Shown here piece after piece: positions 25,804 through 32,000 of a DNA stretch of 32,000 nucleotides. The stretch covers positions 1 through 32,000 of the forward strand of contig LUYO01000036.1 in assembly GCA_001603295.1 (NCBI GenBank), given 5' to 3'. Each line of letters begins with the position of its first letter. Within the stretch, counting starts at the first letter, position 1. The stretch comes from Rhodobacterales bacterium Alpha_02 (GTDB lineage: Bacteria; Pseudomonadota; Alphaproteobacteria; Rhizobiales; Pleomorphomonadaceae). The notes below the pieces were generated by a model. It made no database searches and was not told where the DNA came from. It saw nothing but the letters and a program-made list of their open reading frames with translations. Made by a program: the position numbers and the translations under genes.

Positions 25804-25857
25804 CTGTTTCTGCCGATTAAGATAGCATGAATTATTCCGCTGATGCGGCAGAAACAG
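25804..25857. promoter_or_regulatory. Perfect 12-bp inverted repeat CTGTTTCTGCCG-N30-CGGCAGAAACAG in the chaC / tcdA divergent intergenic region; function unknown
   Basis: Read directly: arms at 25804-25815 and 25846-25857 with an AT-rich 30-nt spacer. It sits in a 201-bp divergent region (25749-25949). Confidence 0.35.
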
Positions 25858-25949
25858 TAAGCATCTTTCTTCGCGCAGCGGCGATGTGGCGTATGTACGT
25901 CTTTATATAATCACCACCGACCAGAATCAGAGAAATTTTCACGGAACCC

Positions 25950-26765
25950 ATGGAATCAGTCGATCTCGAACGCCGCTTTGGCGGCATGACGCGCCTGTAC
26001 GGGCCGGACGCGGCGCAGCGGCTGCGCAGGGCGCATATTGCCGTCGCTGGTATCGGCGGCGTCGGGTCCTGGTGCGCGGAAGCGCTGGCGCGGTCCGGCG
26101 TCGGCACGCTTACCCTGGTCGACCTGGACAACATCGCCGAGTCCAACGTCAACCGGCAACTGCATGCCCTCACCAATACACTCGGTCAATCCAAGGTGCA
26201 GGCCATGCGTGAACGGATCGCGCAGATCCATCCCGGCTGCATGGTCAAAGCGCATGAAGACTTCGTGGAACCCGGCAATGCCGCCGAGCTGATCGGCGAC
26301 GACGTACAGGTCCTCATCGACTGCACCGACCAGATCTCCGCCAAGATCGCCATGATCCTGCTGGGCAGGCAGCGCCGCATGCCTGTCATTGTCTGCGGTG
26401 GAGCGGGGGGCAAGACCGATCCGCTGCTGCTGCGCAGCGGCGACCTGTCCCGCGCGGCCAATGATGCCTTGCTGGCCAAGCTGCGCAACACTCTGAGGCG
26501 TCAGCATGGATTTCCGCGCGCCGGCGACGCCGCCGGCAAAGTGCGCAAGCGCATTCCGCCGATGCAGGTTCGCTGCCTCTGGTTCGATCAGCCGGCGTTG
26601 CTGCCGGATGCCTGGCTGCAGGGCGGCGAGCCGGATGCTCCACAGGGGCTGTCGTGCGCAGGATACGGTTCCGCCGTTGCCGTGACGGCTGCCATGGGAT
26701 TTGCAGCCGCCAACGACGCCATGCAGTGCGTCATGCAGGGCAGGCCGTCTTCCGCATCGGCCTAG
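25950..26765 (+). CDS. tcdA: tRNA threonylcarbamoyladenosine dehydratase (ThiF/MoeB-like E1 family, TcdA/CsdL)
   Basis: 271-aa protein: RFGGMTRLYG......L....IAVAGIGGVGSWCAEALARSGVG.LTLVDLD.I.ESN.NRQ. This matches the TcdA N-terminus and Rossmann motif. Confidence 0.85.
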   Translation: MESVDLERRFGGMTRLYGPDAAQRLRRAHIAVAGIGGVGSWCAEALARSGVGTLTLVDLDNIAESNVNRQLHALTNTLGQSKVQAMRERIAQIHPGCMVKAHEDFVEPGNAAELIGDDVQVLIDCTDQISAKIAMILLGRQRRMPVIVCGGAGGKTDPLLLRSGDLSRAANDALLAKLRNTLRRQHGFPRAGDAAGKVRKRIPPMQVRCLWFDQPALLPDAWLQGGEPDAPQGLSCAGYGSAVAVTAAMGFAAANDAMQCVMQGRPSSASA

Positions 26766-26778
26766 GCGGACGGACGCG

Positions 26779-27444
26779 TCAGGCGCCGATGTTCGTGTGG
26801 TCCCGGACCAGGTGGGCCGGATGCCAGCCGCGCAGCGCATTCGACAGCCGGATCTCCCTGGCCTGCAGCAGCTCGCGGCGAGTGACGGGAGCCTCGTGCG
26901 CCAGGCCCTGTTCCAGCAGTTCCTGGCGCTGCACGCCCGGCAGTATGCCCGCCTCGACCGGGGGCGTCAGCCAGCGGCCCGCGGCATCCTTGATGTAGAT
27001 ATTGGTGCGGCTGCCTTCGCAAACCATATCGTTCGCATCGCAATAGACCACATCGAACACGTCCGGATTGTTCGCCAGCCATTGTGCGGCTTGCGCATAC
27101 CATGGGCGGTATGTGCTCTTGTGGCGCACCCAGGCCTGGTCGGCCTCCCTGGGGGCATGCTGCAGCAGAAGGCTGAAAGCCGCGGGAGAGGGAGGCAGGA
27201 CGCCGGTCTCCAGCGTGTGGCCGCCGTCACGGTCCACCAGGATGCGCAGCCTGTGGAGATGGTGGCGGTCTAGCCTGGCAATGCGCTGGTCCAGCGCCTT
27301 TTCCAGGTCTTTCGGGAAGCGGAAGTCCAGCGCTTCGCAGGAACGTTTCAGGCGCGCGAGATGCAGTTGGCGCAGCGGCGTTCGGTGCCCGGTCTCGACG
27401 CGCATGGTTTCGATCAATTGGGCTGTGTCGGGGGAGGAGGTCAT
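26779..27444 (-). CDS. pabC: Aminotransferase class IV family protein, short aminodeoxychorismate-lyase-like (PabC-like)
   Basis: 221-aa ORF 18 nt downstream of pabB on the same strand. The C-terminal segment EGSRTNIYIKD.AGRWLTPP...GILPGV.RQ.LL is class IV (fold-type IV PLP) like. It is shorter than a typical PabC, so the assignment is tentative. Confidence 0.6.
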   Translation of the reverse strand: MTSSPDTAQLIETMRVETGHRTPLRQLHLARLKRSCEALDFRFPKDLEKALDQRIARLDRHHLHRLRILVDRDGGHTLETGVLPPSPAAFSLLLQHAPREADQAWVRHKSTYRPWYAQAAQWLANNPDVFDVVYCDANDMVCEGSRTNIYIKDAAGRWLTPPVEAGILPGVQRQELLEQGLAHEAPVTRRELLQAREIRLSNALRGWHPAHLVRDHTNIGA

Positions 27445-27462
27445 TGTCGGGTGCCGTTTTAT

Positions 27463-28650
27463 TTACCGGGATGATGACGCCTGTGCGCCGTCAAGGTCAA
27501 GGATGCGGGCCTTCCACAGGCATTCTTCCCATTCCTGCGCCGGGTCGGAATCCATGACGATGCCGCCGCCGACGCCGAAGGTGCCCGAGGCTCCGCCTGC
27601 GCCGTCATCGCGCGCCAGCTCCAGCGTGCGGATGGCGACGTTCAGCGAAAAATCCCCGCCGGGAGCCAGCCAGCCCAGGCTGCCGCAGTAGATCCCGCGA
27701 GGATGCGGCTCCGATTGCGCGATGGCGTGCATGGCGGCGACCTTGGGAGCGCCGGTGATGGAGCCGCAGGGAAACAGCGCGGCCAGGAGCTCCAGCAGGG
27801 AATAGTCCCTGGACTGCCGGGCGGAGATTGTGGAGGTCAGCGTCCAGACCGAGGGATATTTCTCCAGCGAAAACAGCGCATCCACCCGCACGCTGCCCGG
27901 GACGGCGATGCGGCCCAGGTCGTTGCGCAGCAGATCGACGATCATCAGGTTCTCGGCGCGGTTCTTTGTGCTGGCTTGCAGCGCTTCCGCCTGGAGGCGG
28001 TCCCGTCCAGGATCGGCATGGCGCGGCGCCGTGCCTTTCATGGGGCGCACGGTCAGCCTGTCGCCGCGCCGCGTGACGAACAGTTCCGGCGAGAACGACG
28101 CAATGGTCCTGTGCGCATCCTCGAAGTAGACGCCATGCGCGACCGGATGGCGGCTGGCGATGGCGCGGTACAGCCGTTCCGGCGTCGCATTACTGCGTAC
28201 ATGGAGAGGAAAGGTGTAGTTCACCTGGTAGAAGTCGCCGCGGGCCATGCGCTCGCGCAGGGCGGATACGGTCTTCAGATAATCTTCCTGCGCGATGCCG
28301 GGAATTCGGCTCAGGCGGATATCGCCGGCCGCCTCCGGCGGCCCCCAGGGGACGGTTTCGCAGGCCTGGGCGAACACCCATGCGCTAAGGGCGGGAGATC
28401 CCTCTCGCGTCCGGTTCGACAGACTGTCGAAAGCGGGATCCAGCCACAGACCCAGCTCATAGTCCAGCGCCAGCGCAATCCAGTTGCCTTGCGACTGGGC
28501 GGCGCGGATCCGATCCAGCGCATCCGGCAGCTCCTCCGGCGATGCGGCGGTGATGTGCGCCAGGGGCTGCCGCATTTCGAGGGCGGCGCCGGCCAGGCGG
28601 TCCTCGAAACGGCAGCGGACTTCCGTCCCGGCGCTTTGATGTGTGGTCAT
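27463..28650 (-). CDS. pabB: Aminodeoxychorismate synthase component I (chorismate-binding enzyme family)
   Basis: 395-aa protein with FYQVNYTF, RPMKGT.PR, AENLMIVDL.RND, CGSITGAPK, RG.YCGS.G, NVAIRT and GVGGGIVMDSDP..EWEEC..K. ATG 28650 overlaps the UvrA-like stop (ATGA at 28647-28650). I trimmed the ORF-track 596-aa extension. Confidence 0.82.
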   Translation of the reverse strand: MTTHQSAGTEVRCRFEDRLAGAALEMRQPLAHITAASPEELPDALDRIRAAQSQGNWIALALDYELGLWLDPAFDSLSNRTREGSPALSAWVFAQACETVPWGPPEAAGDIRLSRIPGIAQEDYLKTVSALRERMARGDFYQVNYTFPLHVRSNATPERLYRAIASRHPVAHGVYFEDAHRTIASFSPELFVTRRGDRLTVRPMKGTAPRHADPGRDRLQAEALQASTKNRAENLMIVDLLRNDLGRIAVPGSVRVDALFSLEKYPSVWTLTSTISARQSRDYSLLELLAALFPCGSITGAPKVAAMHAIAQSEPHPRGIYCGSLGWLAPGGDFSLNVAIRTLELARDDGAGGASGTFGVGGGIVMDSDPAQEWEECLWKARILDLDGAQASSSR

Positions 28651-31600
28651 GAGGCGACCTGCGCCTCGCAGGCCTGCAGCAATGGCGCGAGCGCCTGCGC
28701 GGTGTGGGATTCGGCGTGCTCGCGCAGCAGCGTTTCGGGCTCGCCCTGCGCGACCAGGCGCCCGCCGCCGCTGCCGCCTTCCGGTCCCAGATCGACGATC
28801 CAGTCCGCCTCGGCGATGATGTCCAGGTTGTGCTCGATGACGAGTACGGTATTGCCGGCTTCCACCAGTCGGTGCAGCACGTGGATAAGCTTTTCCACGT
28901 CGGCCATGGACAGGCCGACCGTGGGCTCGTCCAGCACGTACAGCGTGTGAGGCAGGCGCGAGGCGCGTCCGGTGCGCAGCAGGCCGTCGGTCAGCCTGGC
29001 CTTGCTCAGTTCCGTGACCAGCTTGATGCGCTGCGCCTCTCCGCCCGACAGCGTGGGCGAAGGCTGCCCCAGCGTGAGGTAGCCAAGGCCGACGTCCTGC
29101 ATCAGCTTCAGCGGACGGGCGATCTTGGGATGGGCGGCGAAGAATTCCACCGCTTCGTCCACTTCCATGCGCAGCACTTCGCCAGCGCTCTTGCCGCGCA
29201 GGGTGACGCCGAGCGTGTCGGGATTGAAGCGGTCGCCGTTGCAGGCGTCGCACGGCACCTTCACGTCCGGCAGGAAGTTCATTTCAATGGTGCGCATGCC
29301 CTGGCCCTCGCAGACGTGGCAGCGGCCGTCGCCGGTATTGAACGAGAAGCGCGAAGCGCTCCAGCCACGCATACGGGCGTCGCGCGTGTCGGCGAACAGC
29401 CTGCGCACATCGTCCCAGAACCCGATGTAGGTGGCGGGGCAGGAACGCGGCGTCTTGCCGATGGGCGTCTGGTCCACTTCCAGCACGCGGTCCAGGCTTT
29501 CCCACCCGGCGATGTCGTCGCAGCCGTGCCATTTCGGCGCGCCGGCATTGCGTTGGCCCACCGTGCGCGCCAGGTTGTCCAGCAGGACTTCGCGGGCCAG
29601 CGTGGACTTGCCCGATCCCGATACGCCGGTGACGACGCTCAGCCTCTCCACGGGAATGCGCGCGTTTACCCGCTGCAGATTATGCAGGTGGGCGCCATGA
29701 ACTTCCACGAACGCGGTGTCCGGCCCGATGGGGCGGCGCGGCTGCAGCGGATGCAGCAGCGGCGATTTCAGATAGCGGCCGGTCAGGGATTCGGGACTGT
29801 CCATGATGTCCCGCGCCGATCCCTGCGCGACGACGGTGCCGCCGCGCGTGCCCGCGCCGGGTCCGATGTCGATGATGTGGGCGGCGCGCCGGATGGTGTC
29901 GTCGTCATGCTCGACCACCACCAGCGTGTTGCCGTTGCCCTCCAGGCGTGACAGCGCGTTGAGAAGGATGCGGTTGTCGCGCGGATGCAGGCCGATGGTG
30001 GGCTCGTCCAGCACATAGCAGACGCCCTGCATGTTCGAGCCCAGTTGCGCGGCCAGGCGGATGCGTTGCGCTTCGCCGCCGGACAGCGTGGGGGCGGCGC
30101 GGTCCAGCGCCAGATAGCCCAGGCCGACTTCTTCCATGAAGCGCAGGCGGCTGCGGATCTCGGCGAGGATGTCGCGGGCGATCTCGCTTTCGCGTCCGCG
30201 CGCTACCAGTCCCGTGAAGAAGGTGTGCGCCTCGTCCACGGGCATGCAGGCCAGCTCGGCGATGGAGCGGTCGCGCCAGCGGAACGCCAGCGCCACCGGA
30301 TTCAGCCGCTGGCCGTGGCAATGCGCGCACGTGCCGGCGGGCTCGTTGTCGCTGTTCGTCCAGGAAGTTTCCTCGCCGGTCTGGGTCTCGTCGAAGCCTG
30401 CGATCTCCAGTCCTGTGCCGTAGCAGTGCGTGCACCAGCCATGCTTGGAGTTGTAGGAGAACAGGCGCGGATCCGGTTCCGGGAAGTTCTCGCCGCAGCA
30501 GGGGCAGACGCGCTTGATCGAGTAGTGGCGCTGCTCCGCATCGCCCGCCGGAGCGCCGTTGCGGCGCGCTTCCAGAGGACCCTGGGCGGCGCCGGAGACA
30601 TCGACCAGCACGCTCATGCTGCCCTTGCCGTGTTCCAGCGCGCTGCCGACCGCCTGGCGCAGGCCGGCTTCATCATTGGACGAAACCAGCAGGTCGGCCA
30701 CGGGCAGCTCTATGGTGTGCTCGCGGTAGCGGTCCAGCCGCGGCCAGTTGGCGGTGGGGATGAATTCGCCGTCCAGGCGCAAATGGGTATGGCCCTTGCC
30801 GCCGGCCCACTTGGCCAGGTCGGTGTAGTAGCCCTTGCGCGCCACGACCAGCGGCGCCAGCAGTCCGATGTGGCGGCCTTTCAGGTCGCGCAGCAGCGCC
30901 GCCACGATCTGGTCCGCCGTCTGGGATTCGACCGGCACATTGCAGGTCGGGCACATCTGCGTGCCCAGCTTGACGTACAGCAGGCGCAGGAAATGGTGGA
31001 TCTCCGTCATGGTGGCCACGGTGGACTTGCGGCCGCCGCGGCTGGTGCGCTGCTCGATGGCGACGGTCGGCGGGATGCCGTAGATGGCGTCCACGTCGGG
31101 CTTGCCGGCGGGCTGCACGATGGCGCGGGCATAGGCGTTGAGCGACTCCAGGTAGCGCCGCTGGCCTTCGTTGAACAGGATATCGAACGCCAGCGTGGAC
31201 TTGCCCGAGCCGGACACGCCGGTGATGACGGTGAACGTATCGCGCGGAATGGAGACGTTCAGGCCCTTCAGGTTGTGTTCCCTGGCATTGATGATGTCGA
31301 TGCCGTGCGCGCGTCCGTGACGCTTGCGCAGCAGCGATTGCAGCGGCGTGCCTTCTTCCTCGGCAGCATAGGGAGCCTTGGGCTCGGCCAGCGCATGGGC
31401 GGCCTGCGCCTGTGTCGCGGAGTCCAGCGAGGCTTCGTATTCCTTCAGGGCCCTGCCGGTATGCGAGGCGGGGTTTCGCATCAGCGTATCCGGCGTGCCG
31501 GTGCCGACCACAGTGCCGCCGGCATCGCCGCCCTCCGGTCCCAGGTCGATGAGCCAGTCGGCCGCGCGGACTACGTCCAGGTTGTGCTCGATGATCAGCA

Positions 31601-32000
31601 GGGAATGCCCGGCGGCCAGCAGCTTGCGGAAGGCGCGCATCAGGCGGGCCACATCGTCGAAGTGCAGGCCGGTGGTGGGCTCGTCGAACAGGAACAGGCT
31701 GCCCTTGACCGCCACGCGCGAAGCGGAAATGCCGCTGCGCGCCGCCGTGGCCAGGTGGCCGGCCAGCTTCAGGCGCTGGGCCTCGCCGCCCGACAGGGTC
31801 GGCACGGGCTGGCCCAGGCGCACGTATTCCAGGCCCACGTCGGACAGCGGCGCCAGGCCGTTCTGCACGTCGCGCAGTCCGCTGAAGAATTCCAGCGCCT
31901 CGTATACCGTCATCTCCAGCACTTCGTCGATGGAGGCGCTGCGGCTCAGGTGCTCGACACGGACCTCCAGCACTTCGGGGCGGAAGCGCTTGCCGTCGCA
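28647..32000 (-). CDS. UvrA-family ABC ATPase, tandem-duplicated form (excinuclease ABC subunit A-like), partial: the 5' end lies beyond the window
   Basis: The frame stays open to nt 32000 (upstream codons read CDGKRFRPEV-LEVRVEHL). The visible part has the C-terminal ~190 aa of one UvrA unit (LSGGEAQRLKLA, LFLFDEPTTGLH, IIEHNLDV, DLGPEGGDAGG), a ~45-aa Ala/Glu/Pro linker, then a complete second unit. That unit has two Walker A sites GVSGSGKST, two LSGGEAQRI signatures and CxxC zinc modules. Confidence 0.88.
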   Translation of the reverse strand, partial: CDGKRFRPEVLEVRVEHLSRSASIDEVLEMTVYEALEFFSGLRDVQNGLAPLSDVGLEYVRLGQPVPTLSGGEAQRLKLAGHLATAARSGISASRVAVKGSLFLFDEPTTGLHFDDVARLMRAFRKLLAAGHSLLIIEHNLDVVRAADWLIDLGPEGGDAGGTVVGTGTPDTLMRNPASHTGRALKEYEASLDSATQAQAAHALAEPKAPYAAEEEGTPLQSLLRKRHGRAHGIDIINAREHNLKGLNVSIPRDTFTVITGVSGSGKSTLAFDILFNEGQRRYLESLNAYARAIVQPAGKPDVDAIYGIPPTVAIEQRTSRGGRKSTVATMTEIHHFLRLLYVKLGTQMCPTCNVPVESQTADQIVAALLRDLKGRHIGLLAPLVVARKGYYTDLAKWAGGKGHTHLRLDGEFIPTANWPRLDRYREHTIELPVADLLVSSNDEAGLRQAVGSALEHGKGSMSVLVDVSGAAQGPLEARRNGAPAGDAEQRHYSIKRVCPCCGENFPEPDPRLFSYNSKHGWCTHCYGTGLEIAGFDETQTGEETSWTNSDNEPAGTCAHCHGQRLNPVALAFRWRDRSIAELACMPVDEAHTFFTGLVARGRESEIARDILAEIRSRLRFMEEVGLGYLALDRAAPTLSGGEAQRIRLAAQLGSNMQGVCYVLDEPTIGLHPRDNRILLNALSRLEGNGNTLVVVEHDDDTIRRAAHIIDIGPGAGTRGGTVVAQGSARDIMDSPESLTGRYLKSPLLHPLQPRRPIGPDTAFVEVHGAHLHNLQRVNARIPVERLSVVTGVSGSGKSTLAREVLLDNLARTVGQRNAGAPKWHGCDDIAGWESLDRVLEVDQTPIGKTPRSCPATYIGFWDDVRRLFADTRDARMRGWSASRFSFNTGDGRCHVCEGQGMRTIEMNFLPDVKVPCDACNGDRFNPDTLGVTLRGKSAGEVLRMEVDEAVEFFAAHPKIARPLKLMQDVGLGYLTLGQPSPTLSGGEAQRIKLVTELSKARLTDGLLRTGRASRLPHTLYVLDEPTVGLSMADVEKLIHVLHRLVEAGNTVLVIEHNLDIIAEADWIVDLGPEGGSGGGRLVAQGEPETLLREHAESHTAQALAPLLQACEAQVAS

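Noticed and set aside
1-32000. Scan for CRISPR arrays, tRNA/rRNA genes, prophage or defence-system gene sets.
   Set aside because: I found no regularly spaced direct repeats and no cloverleaf-sized conserved intergenic segments; intergenic gaps are mostly under 200 bp and are accounted for. No nuclease, ATPase or methylase gene combination typical of defence islands was found. The only ATPase of that size is the UvrA-like gene.

Overview
High-GC proteobacterial window. It looks Burkholderiales-like: Bug/TctC-type solute receptors, REP-like hairpins and frequent ATGA start/stop overlaps. There are three parts. (1) 1-18.1 kb is a catabolic island with 13 co-directional + strand genes. In order: a mandelate-racemase-subgroup enolase-superfamily enzyme, a Bug receptor, an aldehyde dehydrogenase, a second Bug receptor, then a module whose gene content matches the furoate/2,5-furandicarboxylate (hmf) pathway. 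That module has a CoxL-like Mo subunit fused to a CoxG/SRPBCC domain, a CoxM-like FAD subunit, a CoxS-like 2Fe-2S subunit, an acyl-CoA ligase, a UbiD decarboxylase, a UbiX prenyltransferase and a crotonase-fold hydrolase. It is followed by an FMN-dependent 2-hydroxyacid dehydrogenase, a ThDP-dependent enzyme, a terminator, and a convergent XdhC-type Mo-cofactor chaperone. (2) 18.1-19.2 kb is a rearrangement scar: the 5' stub of an RND efflux adaptor gene abuts the 3' third of an IS110-family transposase gene. (3) 19.2-32 kb is housekeeping: gcdH with a divergent LysR regulator, an FAD-linked oxidase, purU, a flavin reductase, pdxH, chaC, tcdA, a pabC-like gene, pabB, and a tandem-duplicated UvrA-family gene that runs off the window. 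I found no rRNA, tRNA or CRISPR. The observations most worth a second look are: (a) a mandelate-pathway-like enzyme set wrapped around the furoyl-CoA core, possibly an undescribed upper pathway; (b) a 128-bp structured repeat present twice, with three compensatory base-pair swaps in one hairpin; (c) the CoxL-CoxG fusion; (d) the IS110/efflux scar at the island edge; (e) the giant UvrA-UvrA fusion translationally coupled to pabB. All functional calls rest on by-eye motif and family recognition and on synteny. No database search was run.
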